A stretch of 64,000 nucleotides of DNA from a virus (IMGVR_UViG_3300028797_000113), one strand, 5' to 3'; positions 36,267 to 45,958 are shown, numbered from the stretch's first letter. Notes: generated by a model not told the origin, from the letters alone. Translations and numbers: made by a program.

Positions 36267-36479
36267 ATGTCAAATAACGAAGTGAGTTATAGATATATAC
36301 ATCATAACAAATGTTCGGGTGGTAGAGCAACAAGAGAAGTTGACGGCAAAGATTATTGTTTAGGACTTCTTGATATGGCTTATGAATATAAATTCTGTGA
36401 TGAATGTTTAGAGTGTCCAAGATTTATCAACAACAATATAGACAGGATTGCAGAACTTAAAGGAGAGAACAATGAGTAA
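36267..36479 (+). CDS. Cys-rich small protein ending IDRIAELKGENNE
   Basis: CDECLECP; conserved C-terminal peptide. Confidence 0.5.
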   Translation: MSNNEVSYRYIHHNKCSGGRATREVDGKDYCLGLLDMAYEYKFCDECLECPRFINNNIDRIAELKGENNE

Positions 36480-36696
36480 CATAGTAATACAGACATTTCC
36501 CGATGGTTCTTCTTACATTTCAAAAACAAAAAATGAGCAGACTAAAGAAGAATTTGCTATTGCCGAACTTGAGAAATTAAGAGCAGAAATTGATGAATTT
36601 ATGATTATCTCATTTTTTGACGATGATGAGATTGATTATATAAGACATTGTTTTGACCAGCACATATCCGAACTGAAAGGAGAAAAGAATGGGTAA
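36472..36696 (+). CDS. small protein with ELEKLRAEIDEF ... HISELKGEKNG module
   Basis: ATG 36472 inside junction motif. Confidence 0.5.
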   Translation: MSNIVIQTFPDGSSYISKTKNEQTKEEFAIAELEKLRAEIDEFMIISFFDDDEIDYIRHCFDQHISELKGEKNG

Positions 36697-36970
36697 AATA
36701 TATTGGGACGAAGGCAACGGAAAAGTTACCACAGATTCAAGTTATGCACCTATTATTAAGGGGCAAAACATTTACATTGAAACCTATGAGATTTACGGAA
36801 CTAACGAAAGAATAAGTATAGCATACACACAAAGTATCAAAGACAATGAAAATATGTACTATTTCAGAAAACGAATACTGAATGCTCACAGACTTGAATA
36901 TTGTGATTTGGGAAAATTAGTTAAGTTTGAAGTACCAAGTAAAGTCTATAAAATGTTGGCGAGGAACTGA
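36689..36970 (+). CDS. hypothetical protein
   Basis: Starts in junction motif; 93 aa. Confidence 0.5.
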   Translation: MGKIYWDEGNGKVTTDSSYAPIIKGQNIYIETYEIYGTNERISIAYTQSIKDNENMYYFRKRILNAHRLEYCDLGKLVKFEVPSKVYKMLARN

Positions 36971-37000
36971 AAAGAGAAAAGAAATAAAGGAGTTAAACAA

Positions 37001-37258
37001 ATGAAAAAAGATTGTTGGAACTGTAAAAATGACTATCGATATGAAAAATTTCCTTGTGATTATTGTCATTCAGAAAATATAAACGATTTTTGGAAGCCAA
37101 AAGACGAAATGAAAGATTTTGCTATTGAAGAACTTGAAGAAATAAAGACAGAAATACATCAGATAACTATGAGTGGTTTACTTGGAACAACATTGGTTAG
37201 AGTAGAGAAAGTTGACAATATTATTGATAATCGTATAAAGAAGTTAAACAATGAATGA
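37001..37258 (+). CDS. small protein with ELEEIKTEIHQI ... IDNRIKKLNNE module
   Basis: ggagttaaacaaATG junction variant; N-terminal CWNC...CDYCHS. Confidence 0.5.
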   Translation: MKKDCWNCKNDYRYEKFPCDYCHSENINDFWKPKDEMKDFAIEELEEIKTEIHQITMSGLLGTTLVRVEKVDNIIDNRIKKLNNE

Positions 37259-37811
37259 ATTACCATATAAAGAATGTCAGTATTGTAAACATAAAGAGTG
37301 GTGCGAAAAACATAGACCTATGTGCAAAGGAGTTAAACAATGAAGAAACCGAGATATAATGCTATGGCAAAAGCAAGAGAAAAATACCTTGCAGACAAAA
37401 ATAAAAAACGCAGAGCAAGGGGAAAACAAAAGAAATGCGATTATGATTGCAAAAAATGTGTTTGGAAAGATACAAATTGTTCGGTAGGAAGGAGTTAAAC
37501 AATGACAGCACTAAATAAAAAACGCAAATGTCATAATACTCTTTATGATAGGGGCGGCGAAAAAGGAAAATATCAAAAAGGCAAAGGTTTTCTTATGTTT
37601 CATAAAAAAGACCGGGTGAGATTAAATGCAGAAGTACACAAAGGAGAATAAAGAATGAATAAATACTGTAAATTCAATGATGGGCACTTTACCTATTATG
37701 TCAATACTTTGACAGGAGAGAAGAAGTTTGAACTTGAAGAAGGAGACATTGAAGTAGAGTCAAATCTTGACGATTTTAGCAGAACAAGAAAAAAGGAGCA
37801 ACAGAATGAAT
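37251..37811 (+). other. run of four tiny Lys/Cys-rich ORFs (about 30-51 aa, not in ORF track)
   Basis: About 37251-37343, 37340-37495, 37502-37648 and 37655-37811; the first three each start at a ggagttaaacaATG junction, the fourth at aaggagaataaagaATG. Confidence 0.35.
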
Positions 37812-37982
37812 AAAGGAATTAAGCAAAATTATTGTGTTGTGATCGACTATAAGGACGGTAGAGAATGGGAGTGGTGCTCAACATTACTTGAAGCAATAGG
37901 CAAAGGTAGACGGGCCGTTAAAGATGATAATGTTAAAAGAGCACACCTGACAATCAATTTTTGGAAGGAGAATAAACAATGA
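37806..37982 (+). CDS. hypothetical small protein
   Basis: ATG 37806 after aaggagcaacag; 58 aa. Confidence 0.4.
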   Translation: MNKGIKQNYCVVIDYKDGREWEWCSTLLEAIGKGRRAVKDDNVKRAHLTINFWKENKQ

Positions 37983-38257
37983 GCGATATGCCAAGGGAAG
38001 AAGCCATAGAGATATTAGAAGGCGCAATCAAAAAACCAAATACAAAAGACGGATATTTAGGGCAGGCTTTAACAATGGGAATTGAAGCACTTAAAAATCA
38101 AAAGTCATTACAAACTGAACTTGAAGAAATAAAGGCAGAAATACACGATATTAGACTTGAAATTGATTGTGATAGTCACACAGGCGATAAAGTAATTCAG
38201 TTAATAGACAAAAGAATATCCGAACTGAAAGGAGAGAACAATGAAACTGATAATTGA
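37979..38257 (+). CDS. mosaic small protein (EAIEIL...GIEALKNQK N-module plus ELEEIK...ISELKGENNE C-module)
   Basis: N-module shared with the 39336 ORF; C-module shared with the 36472, 37001, 38480 and 39082 ORFs. Confidence 0.55.
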   Translation: MSDMPREEAIEILEGAIKKPNTKDGYLGQALTMGIEALKNQKSLQTELEEIKAEIHDIRLEIDCDSHTGDKVIQLIDKRISELKGENNETDN

Positions 38258-38480
38258 TATAGACGAAAAAACTCTTAATAGGATAATAAACACTAAACAA
38301 ATATCACAAAGGGAAGAAGTATATCTTGTGAATAGTATGATAAACGGCACACCACTTCGAACAGGACATTGGATAGATAAAGGTTCATTGTCTTGCAGAT
38401 GTTCGGAGTGTGGTTGTAAATCAAATAAAGAAACAAGGTTTTGTGCTAATTGTGGTGCAAAAATGGAAGGAGATAACTAA
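38241..38480 (+). CDS. mosaic small protein (MKLIIDIDE N-module plus GHWI...CGAKMEG zinc ribbon)
   Basis: N-module shared with the 38480 ORF; C-module shared with the 11998, 12363 and 39336 ORFs. Confidence 0.55.
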   Translation: MKLIIDIDEKTLNRIINTKQISQREEVYLVNSMINGTPLRTGHWIDKGSLSCRCSECGCKSNKETRFCANCGAKMEGDN

Positions 38481-38746
38481 TGAAATATATAATTGATATA
38501 GACGAAGATTTATTTAATGAATTATTACAAGGGACAGCATCTAATAAGCAAAATGATAAAATTCTTAAATGTGTGAAAAAAGCCGAACTTTTACAGGAAG
38601 AACTTGAAGAAATAAAGAAAGAGATTTTCGATTTGCCGACATTTCCTTTTGTTTATAATCGTGAAGCAGAGTGTATTGTAAAATCACATATAGCATTTTT
38701 AATGGATAGAAAAATAAAGGATTTAAACAATGAAACTGATAAATAG
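38480..38746 (+). CDS. mosaic small protein (MKYIIDIDE N-module plus ELEEIK...KIKDLNNETDK C-module)
   Basis: See the two preceding entries; TAG stop. Confidence 0.55.
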   Translation: MKYIIDIDEDLFNELLQGTASNKQNDKILKCVKKAELLQEELEEIKKEIFDLPTFPFVYNREAECIVKSHIAFLMDRKIKDLNNETDK

Positions 38747-38872
38747 ACTCCTAAATATATTCAAACATAAAAAAGATATACAAAATGTATTTTTAGAAAG
38801 ATTTAAAAGTTCTGATGAAAGTCTTTCGCTTGAAAATTTGAAATTGACTAACAGTATAAAGGAGAATAAAGA

Positions 38873-39085
38873 ATGAGTGATATTTTAATTATTATAGCCT
38901 TATTCATAATCGCAATAGTCGAAGTAATAAGAATGGTTCAGAACTGTATTCAGATTCATTACATAAACAAAGATACAGGGGCAAGAGATAACGCATACAA
39001 TGAGTTTGTTAAAAGCCTTAAATATACCGATAAGGAATTTGTTGAAAGAATGTTAAGAGAGTTTGAAAAGGAGAATGAAGAATGA
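38873..39085 (+). CDS. small membrane protein
   Basis: ILIIIALFIIAIVEVI TM segment. Confidence 0.5.
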   Translation: MSDILIIIALFIIAIVEVIRMVQNCIQIHYINKDTGARDNAYNEFVKSLKYTDKEFVERMLREFEKENEE

Positions 39086-39339
39086 ACATAATATATGGTA
39101 GAGACGGAAATGTTTATAAAACTTCAATTAGTAATGGTAAAGAATATATGTCGTCAAAAAAAGAAAAAGAAGAATTTGCCATTGCCGAACTTGAAAAGAT
39201 AAAAGACGAAATGAATGTCGAATTGTTTGAAGAATATTCGGCAGAAAGAGAATTTGATAGGGGTTATGAATCTTGCTTAAAACAACAAATTAACAGGATA
39301 GACAATCACATTAAGGAACTGAAAGGAGAGAACAAATGA
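39082..39339 (+). CDS. small protein with ELEKIKDEMN ... IKELKGENK C-module
   Basis: Conserved C-terminal family. Confidence 0.5.
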   Translation: MNIIYGRDGNVYKTSISNGKEYMSSKKEKEEFAIAELEKIKDEMNVELFEEYSAEREFDRGYESCLKQQINRIDNHIKELKGENK

Positions 39340-39590
39340 CAAATCAAGAAGCAATAGAAGTATTAAAGTTAAACAATCCGTTTATGGCGGGCAAAGATAA
39401 AGAAAACTTTTCAAAGGCGATTGATAAAGGCATAGAAGCACTTGAGAATCAGAAGATAGGACATTGGATAAAAGACGAAATGAGCATAATGTTTGACATT
39501 TGGGTATGTTCTGAATGTGGCGGTGGTGGAGATAAACATTTTAAATATTGTCCTCATTGTGGGGCAAAGATGGAAGGAGAGAAGAAATGA
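39336..39590 (+). CDS. mosaic small protein (EAIEVL...GIEALENQK N-module plus GHWI...CPHCGAKMEGEKK zinc ribbon)
   Basis: Modules as described above. Confidence 0.55.
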   Translation: MTNQEAIEVLKLNNPFMAGKDKENFSKAIDKGIEALENQKIGHWIKDEMSIMFDIWVCSECGGGGDKHFKYCPHCGAKMEGEKK

Positions 39591-40534
39591 GAACAATAAC
39601 AAAAACACATACAGGAATCATCGTTTCAGATGAGGAATTAAAACTGGAATATCTTTACGTGGGAGATTACGGCAAGGAAAACAACATCAAGGCAGACTTC
39701 CTTGGTTATAACAAGAGAATTGATAAGGTCGAACATAAAGACGTCGACATAACCGATAAGCTGGTTGTTACGGTGTCTTCTCAAAAGGGTTGCCCTATGA
39801 AGTGCGACTTTTGTGACTGTCCTAAATATGGTTATCACGGTAATGCTTCGTTGGGTGAGTTAATGTCTGAGATTTCAACCGCCGTATCGTTGTCCGGGAT
39901 TCAACACGGTAAGAGATTGAATATCCACTTCGCAAGGATGGGAGAACCTACATTCAATCCGAATGTTATTCAGGCAGCGAGAATAGCCTATTATACTTTC
40001 AAGAGACAGTTTGACGAATATCATCCCGTCGTATCTACAATGTGTCCAAAGAGCAATAAAAACTTGGCAGACTTTTTATACAAATGGGTAGATGCAGGTT
40101 ATGTGTTTGGTGGTGACGACGGTTACGGCCTTCAGTTTTCTATTAACACTCTCGACGAAGAAGCTCGTAATAAAGCATTTAATAATATGTCTCTTTCTTT
40201 ACAGGAAATCGGCGATTTAATCCAAGAGTTACCCGACCCGAAGAAAAGAAAATTTACTCTGAACTTTGCCGTAACATCCGAAAGCAATCTTGATCCGGTC
40301 CTTATGGATAAATACTTTGACAAAGAAAAATGTATCGTAAAGATTACGCCTATTCACGAAACCTTTGAAGCCATCAGTAATGGCTATGAAATCATAAAGA
40401 GTTTTGATGTGTATGAGAAGTTTGAAAAGCCACTTGTCGACGCTGGCTGGGACGTTATCGTATTTGTTCCTTCGGAAGAAGAAGACGCCGACAGAATCAC
40501 TTGTGGAAATTCGTTAATCGCAAAGGAGGGTTAG
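39587..40534 (+). CDS. RlmN/Cfr-family radical-SAM RNA methyltransferase homologue
   Basis: VVTVSSQKGCPMKCDFC (Cx3Cx2C cluster in RlmN-like VSSQxGC context), FARMGEPTFNP (MGMGEPL-like) and C-terminal DADRITCGNSLIA (DIDAACGQL-like). Confidence 0.7.
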   Translation: MRTITKTHTGIIVSDEELKLEYLYVGDYGKENNIKADFLGYNKRIDKVEHKDVDITDKLVVTVSSQKGCPMKCDFCDCPKYGYHGNASLGELMSEISTAVSLSGIQHGKRLNIHFARMGEPTFNPNVIQAARIAYYTFKRQFDEYHPVVSTMCPKSNKNLADFLYKWVDAGYVFGGDDGYGLQFSINTLDEEARNKAFNNMSLSLQEIGDLIQELPDPKKRKFTLNFAVTSESNLDPVLMDKYFDKEKCIVKITPIHETFEAISNGYEIIKSFDVYEKFEKPLVDAGWDVIVFVPSEEEDADRITCGNSLIAKEG

Positions 40535-40535
40535 T

Positions 40536-40787
40536 ATGAAAAGAATATTAATATTTTTATGTATGATTTGTGCTTTAGGGTTTTGCGGATGCGGTAAAGC
40601 AACCGAGACAGACAAGCCCAGTGACAGTATGTTTGTGATTGTCGAAGGCGGAGGATTAAATTCTTATATAATTGCTTATCACAAAGAAACAAAAGTGATG
40701 TATGCCGTTTCAAACGGAGTCAACAACAGCGGTACATTTATGGTATTGGTCAATCCCGACGGGACACCTATGATATATGAGGAGTAA
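40536..40787 (+). CDS. putative secreted protein or lipoprotein
   Basis: Signal-like MKRILIFLCMICALGFCGCG N-terminus. Confidence 0.5.
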   Translation: MKRILIFLCMICALGFCGCGKATETDKPSDSMFVIVEGGGLNSYIIAYHKETKVMYAVSNGVNNSGTFMVLVNPDGTPMIYEE

Positions 40788-40792
40788 ATAAT

Positions 40793-41059
40793 ATGAAACT
40801 TTATAGAAAACAAATAAGACCTATGTTATATTCTCCTGCCACTCAAGGTTTTAGTGACACTTACGAACCTTTAGTAAAACAGTGGTACAATGAAGAAGAT
40901 GTGACACCAGCAAAAATAGAGATGTGGAAACAATCTATAGAACAAATAGATGCTTGGGGCTCATTGAGGCTCGCAGAAAGATATGTAGAATATGTCGATT
41001 GTAAATTTACTCATCAAGAACCATCGTTTGAAGAAGAATACGATATAAGGAGTGAATAA
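40793..41059 (+). CDS. hypothetical protein
   Basis: 88 aa. Confidence 0.5.
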   Translation: MKLYRKQIRPMLYSPATQGFSDTYEPLVKQWYNEEDVTPAKIEMWKQSIEQIDAWGSLRLAERYVEYVDCKFTHQEPSFEEEYDIRSE

Positions 41060-41060
41060 T

Positions 41061-41477
41061 ATGGCTAAAAAAGATTGTTATTTTTACAGAGCAAGCACTG
41101 TTGCGTCTGGAGGTTTCCCTGAATGCTGCATTCACCCGGACACGCCCGATAAACCTAAGTGTTCTAAATGTAATTTATATATAGACAGAAATGGGTTATT
41201 CCCTTACGTTGTTGATATGAGCCGAGAAAATAAAAAGAAACTGGAAGCTCAAGAAAGCAGCGTAACGGCCAGTCAGATAGTTGCGAGTTGGTACGAGACA
41301 GAACCACGGCCAATAAAAGACTATGTTGACAACACAAGATATGTCACAGCGATATGCAGATGTCCTGTGCCTCTTACGATGGGCATAGTAATAGACAAAG
41401 AAAAATGTATAAGTGACGACGGATGGTATCATTTCCGTTGTACGAAATGCGGATTGAGAGGAAAAGTTTATGGATAA
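41061..41477 (+). CDS. Cys-rich protein
   Basis: ATG 41061; CCIHPDTPDKPKCSKC ... CRCP ... CTKCG. Confidence 0.5.
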   Translation: MAKKDCYFYRASTVASGGFPECCIHPDTPDKPKCSKCNLYIDRNGLFPYVVDMSRENKKKLEAQESSVTASQIVASWYETEPRPIKDYVDNTRYVTAICRCPVPLTMGIVIDKEKCISDDGWYHFRCTKCGLRGKVYG

Positions 41478-41736
41478 AGACGAAATATACGAAAACATAG
41501 GTTTATTATATGAGCAAGCCGAATATGAAGATGAACTGACTGGACGCATCAATAGTTATCGGTGGGAAATGGGCCTTGGTGTTTTTGGAACATTGTACTC
41601 GGATTGTGTAAAAACATATAAAGAGTTCAAAGAACAGACAGGTATTGACGTACAAGGAACATTGTGGGGTTATCCAGTAGATGTAAATCCTAACGCACCT
41701 TTTGATACATTAAAACTTTGGAAAGAGGTTAAGTAA
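41470..41736 (+). CDS. hypothetical protein
   Basis: 88 aa. Confidence 0.5.
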   Translation: MDKDEIYENIGLLYEQAEYEDELTGRINSYRWEMGLGVFGTLYSDCVKTYKEFKEQTGIDVQGTLWGYPVDVNPNAPFDTLKLWKEVK

Positions 41737-42168
41737 ATGGATGATTTTATGCAGGCATTCCGTGATATTGTCATAGAAGAGTTTGGAGGTAGACCCTCTC
41801 CATATCGTGACATAATTTCGCAAAGATTCATCAATCAACTGGAAGAAATGTATCGTCAATCACGCATAAGACAATGCGGTTGTGACGATTATGATGAATA
41901 TCTGTATAAATATTCTGGTGTCATTTCTGAAATTTATGAACACGTTTGCAGAGATATTGTAAATTATCAACATCTTATCAACAAGCGTGGATATTTAATT
42001 GACATAACATTATACGAAAAAATGGTAAAGGACGGCTTGATAAAAAATGATATAACTCGTATATTAAATATGTTAGACAAGATGGCTGATGTAGCACCAG
42101 TTGAATTTGACCTTGAAAATTTGCCGAGAAAGATACCACGTAAGAGTAAGAGGAAACCGTATGAGTAA
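41737..42168 (+). CDS. hypothetical protein
   Basis: 143 aa; coupled to the polymerase gene. Confidence 0.5.
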   Translation: MDDFMQAFRDIVIEEFGGRPSPYRDIISQRFINQLEEMYRQSRIRQCGCDDYDEYLYKYSGVISEIYEHVCRDIVNYQHLINKRGYLIDITLYEKMVKDGLIKNDITRILNMLDKMADVAPVEFDLENLPRKIPRKSKRKPYE

Positions 42169-45100
42169 TTTTATTTTTCAGAATTATCACAAGCATACAT
42201 ATTGGTCTAATATTAAAGTCCCCGATTCAGCAACTTCCCTTGAAGAATATTGCAAGCGTGCCGTTGAATTAGGCCATGGAATTATCTGTTCTCTTGAACA
42301 CGGCTGGCAAGGACATTATATTGAGTGTCATCAGTTAGCAGAAAAGTACGGTCTTAAGTTCGTGTTCGGTACTGAAGCCTACTGGGTTAAGGACAGACAC
42401 GAGAAAGACGGTTCTAACTGTCATATTTGTATCTTGGCAAAGAATGAGAACGGAAGACAGGCGATCAATGACATTCTGTCTCAGGCAGCTATTGACGGTT
42501 ATTACAGACAGAGTCGTATTGACTTGCCTTTAATAATGACATTGCCTCCCGAAGATGTTATCATCACAACTGCTTGTGTTGCGTTCTGGAAGTATGACGA
42601 TATTGATTCAATAATTAAGCAACTCTTTAATCGTTTCGGAAAGAACTTCTATCTTGAAGTTCAGTATCACAATACACCTTCCCAAAAACAAACAAATAAA
42701 CACATCCTTGATTTGAGAAAGGAATTAGGCATCCAACTGATGATGGGTTGTGATAGTCATTACATAGACCAGAAAGGCGCTTTAGACAGAGATGAGTTTA
42801 TCAAATCTAAAGGTATGGAATATCCCGACGAGAATGACTGGTATATGGACTATCCTGACGGCGAAACTGCTTACAGAAGATTCGTTGAGCAGTGCGTTCT
42901 TGACCACGAACAGATTATGGAGGCCATGAATAATACAAATATCTTTCTTGAAGTTGAAGAATATGACTGCCCTATCTTTAATCACGACATTAAGATGCCT
43001 ACTTTATATGCCGATTTGACGCAACAGGAGCGCGATAGCAAGCTCGAAGCGTTGATATGGGATAAATGGTCAGAGTACAAAAAAGAAGTGCCCACAGAGC
43101 GCCACAGTGAATATGAAGAGCAAATCAAATATGAACTTGACATCGTAAAGACAACTTTTCACTCTGATTATTTCTTACTTGACTATGCAATTACTCAGTT
43201 AGGTAAGAAGAAAGGTGGACAACTTACGCTTACTGGCAGAGGTTCGGGCGTGTCATTCTTCTTAAATAAACTTTTAGGCTTTACATCTGTTGACAGAATA
43301 TCTGCCAAAGTAAAAATGTACCCTGAAAGATTTATGTCACCCACTCGTATTCTTGAAACACATTCATTAGCAGATATTGATATGAATGTGGCCAGACAAG
43401 AACCGTTCTGGGAGGCGCAAGAAGAATTATTAGGATTCGAGCATTCCAAACAGATGGTTACATTCCAACAGTTGAAGCCTGCTGCCGCTTGGAAAATGTA
43501 TGCGAAGTCACAAGGTGTTGACTTTGAAACATCGAATGCGATTTCCGGGCAGATTGCAAAGTACCTGAAGGATTATGCCAAGGCTAAAGAAGAAGCAGAC
43601 GACGATGAAGAAATTGACATCGACATTCTTGACTATATTGATGAGAAATATAAAGACATATATTTAAAGAGCGAAGATTATCTCGGTGTAATATCTGCCG
43701 TTTCCAGTCATCCTTGCGGCTCTTTAATATATGCAGGCAATATCCGTAAGGAAATCGGATATATTTATGTTAAGTCACAATCCAGTGACGGTATGCTTTG
43801 TTGTTGTATGGACGGCAAGTGGGCTGAGAAGTACGGCTTCTTAAAGAATGACTGGCTTAAGGTTAATGTAGTGGAAGTAATCTATAAAATCTTTGAGCGT
43901 ATAGGCATGGAACCGTTCTCATCCACGGAACTTATTGAGAAATGCAAAGATGATCCGTTGCCTTGGAACTTATATAAGCAACAATGCACCAAAGGACTTA
44001 ATCAGGTTGAACAGCCTTCAAGTTCAACTAAAGTTGGCGCGTATGCGCCCAAAAATATATCCGAGTTAACGGCTTTCGTGGCAGCAGTCAGACCGGGTTT
44101 CAAATCTATGTATGACATTTTCGAATCGAGAGAGCATTTCGATTACAAGATTCCCGCATTTGATAATTTGTTACAAACAGATGAAATGCCTAACTCATTT
44201 GTGCTTTATCAGGAACAAGCGATGCTTACCTTGAACTACGCTGGCATTCCTATGAGTGAATGCTACGCGGTTATTAAAGCCATTTCGAAAAAGAGAGTAG
44301 ATGAAATCACAAAGAACAAACCTATCTTCATTGATGGCTTCCAAAAGAGACTCAAAGAAGACGACGGCAGCATTTCAGACATTAAGGCCGAGGAGGTAGC
44401 ACATCAAGTATGGCAGATTATTGAAGACAGTTCTAAATATTCATTCAATTCCGCGCACGCTTATTCTGTTGCATTAGACAGCTTATATCAGGCATGGCTC
44501 AAATCGCACTATCCGTTAGAATTTTATGAGACATATCTGAATATACTTAACAAGAAAGGCGCTAAGGACAGATTAAATAAATTCAAAGAAGAAGCAGAAC
44601 ATTACTTCAAGATTTATTTCCCGCCTTATAAATTTAGACAGGACAACAGAAGTATTACTATTGACCACGAGAATAACGCCATTAATAACGCGCTATCATC
44701 CATTAAGGGTTACAGCAATATTGTTGCCGAAGAATTATATACAGCCAGCGCTTATCACGATTTTATTAGCGTGTTGACATATCTGGATGGCGTGTCTATT
44801 AAATCAGCAAAGATTATACCGTTAATCAAAATAGGTTACTTTAGCGAGTTCGGTAACGAGAAAGCGTTGCTAAAGTTTATGGATTATTGGGATATGCTCA
44901 AGCAAGGCAATGCAAAGCAAATATCCAAAGACAAGGTTGATGACATCATAGGAAAATATTCAGCATATTATGGTAACGACAAGAATAAAGACGGTTCTGA
45001 ATCAAAATCGTGGAAGTTAGATGCGGACAGAATGCCCGACTTCCTTCAGGACATTCTGCAAGATTGCGTTGATAACATTCCGGCTCCGACGTACAAAGAA

Positions 45101-45406
45101 AGAATGGCTTGGCAACAAGAAATTTTAGGATATATTGAACTCACTACTGGCAAGAAAGAAGATACTAAAAAGATTTTGGTACTTGACGTTAAGCCCTTAA
45201 TCGGCCAGTATTCTCCTAATCCTTGGTGCTACAAGGTCGACACTCGTTCCATAGGTACTGGAAGAAGCGCTACGCTTAATGTAGATGCAAGAACGTGGGA
45301 CGCTTACGGTCCGTTGAAATGTTTTGACATAGTAGACGTTGGTCGTCTGGCTAAAAACAAAAAAGGTTATTGGTATATGTATGATTACAGAAAGGTGGCA
45401 GAATGA
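42161..45406 (+). CDS. dnaE: DNA polymerase III alpha subunit (DnaE-type, short form with N-terminal PHP domain)
   Basis: ATG 42161 after aggaaacc; MSNFIFQNYHKHTYWS PHP start, ...SAHAYSVALDSLYQAWLKSHYP polIII-alpha palm/fingers signature; 1081 aa. Confidence 0.85.
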   Translation: MSNFIFQNYHKHTYWSNIKVPDSATSLEEYCKRAVELGHGIICSLEHGWQGHYIECHQLAEKYGLKFVFGTEAYWVKDRHEKDGSNCHICILAKNENGRQAINDILSQAAIDGYYRQSRIDLPLIMTLPPEDVIITTACVAFWKYDDIDSIIKQLFNRFGKNFYLEVQYHNTPSQKQTNKHILDLRKELGIQLMMGCDSHYIDQKGALDRDEFIKSKGMEYPDENDWYMDYPDGETAYRRFVEQCVLDHEQIMEAMNNTNIFLEVEEYDCPIFNHDIKMPTLYADLTQQERDSKLEALIWDKWSEYKKEVPTERHSEYEEQIKYELDIVKTTFHSDYFLLDYAITQLGKKKGGQLTLTGRGSGVSFFLNKLLGFTSVDRISAKVKMYPERFMSPTRILETHSLADIDMNVARQEPFWEAQEELLGFEHSKQMVTFQQLKPAAAWKMYAKSQGVDFETSNAISGQIAKYLKDYAKAKEEADDDEEIDIDILDYIDEKYKDIYLKSEDYLGVISAVSSHPCGSLIYAGNIRKEIGYIYVKSQSSDGMLCCCMDGKWAEKYGFLKNDWLKVNVVEVIYKIFERIGMEPFSSTELIEKCKDDPLPWNLYKQQCTKGLNQVEQPSSSTKVGAYAPKNISELTAFVAAVRPGFKSMYDIFESREHFDYKIPAFDNLLQTDEMPNSFVLYQEQAMLTLNYAGIPMSECYAVIKAISKKRVDEITKNKPIFIDGFQKRLKEDDGSISDIKAEEVAHQVWQIIEDSSKYSFNSAHAYSVALDSLYQAWLKSHYPLEFYETYLNILNKKGAKDRLNKFKEEAEHYFKIYFPPYKFRQDNRSITIDHENNAINNALSSIKGYSNIVAEELYTASAYHDFISVLTYLDGVSIKSAKIIPLIKIGYFSEFGNEKALLKFMDYWDMLKQGNAKQISKDKVDDIIGKYSAYYGNDKNKDGSESKSWKLDADRMPDFLQDILQDCVDNIPAPTYKERMAWQQEILGYIELTTGKKEDTKKILVLDVKPLIGQYSPNPWCYKVDTRSIGTGRSATLNVDARTWDAYGPLKCFDIVDVGRLAKNKKGYWYMYDYRKVAE

Positions 45407-45609
45407 ATTTATTTGACAAAGATTCCCGAGAAACAATCGAAATTATTTTAGCAAGAAGAAAAAAAGCATTCGAAGATTTTCTCTCAAACAGCGGATGTCA
45501 CGATTGCCCCAAGATAATGCATTGCCAAAGAAATGAATTTGAAGCAGAATGGTGTTCTCGTTTTGCTGATTTTTATAACGAGGAATATGGCAAGAATGGA
45601 AGGAGATAG
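45403..45609 (+). CDS. Cys/His small protein
   Basis: GCHDCPKIMHCQ. Confidence 0.5.
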   Translation: MNLFDKDSRETIEIILARRKKAFEDFLSNSGCHDCPKIMHCQRNEFEAEWCSRFADFYNEEYGKNGRR

Positions 45610-45610
45610 A

Positions 45611-45958
45611 ATGAAAAGAAATTACAAAGACGAACCAGTTGTAGAGCTTGTGTTTGAAATGAAAGACGGAATGACATATCACGCTTTCGGAACGCCAATC
45701 CGCGAAGAAATAGGATTCTTGAGCGATATATGCCTGCTCTGGACAAAGGATGAATTTATGCGATTACCGATCAAGCAAAGAATGGTGTTGCCGTTTGCGT
45801 TTTATCTGCCGCATTCAGACTTATCCTTTAAAAGTGATGGCGGTTTTATAAGTATATTCAGGAATAATAATCTTTTATTTATGCTTAACCGCAACGAAAT
45901 CAAAAGAATTATATCGGGCATAAACGACTGTCTTGTTGACTTTCGTGAACAAACGTGA
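45611..45958 (+). CDS. hypothetical protein
   Basis: SD ggaggagatag then ATG 45611. Confidence 0.5.
   Translation: MKRNYKDEPVVELVFEMKDGMTYHAFGTPIREEIGFLSDICLLWTKDEFMRLPIKQRMVLPFAFYLPHSDLSFKSDGGFISIFRNNNLLFMLNRNEIKRIISGINDCLVDFREQT

Noticed and set aside
35632-39590. Repeated 22-nt motif looked superficially like a CRISPR array
   Set aside because: Copies are spaced irregularly (about 90-550 nt). Each overlaps an SD/start codon and encodes a conserved peptide. There is no leader or cas genes. These are gene-junction repeats, not CRISPR repeats.
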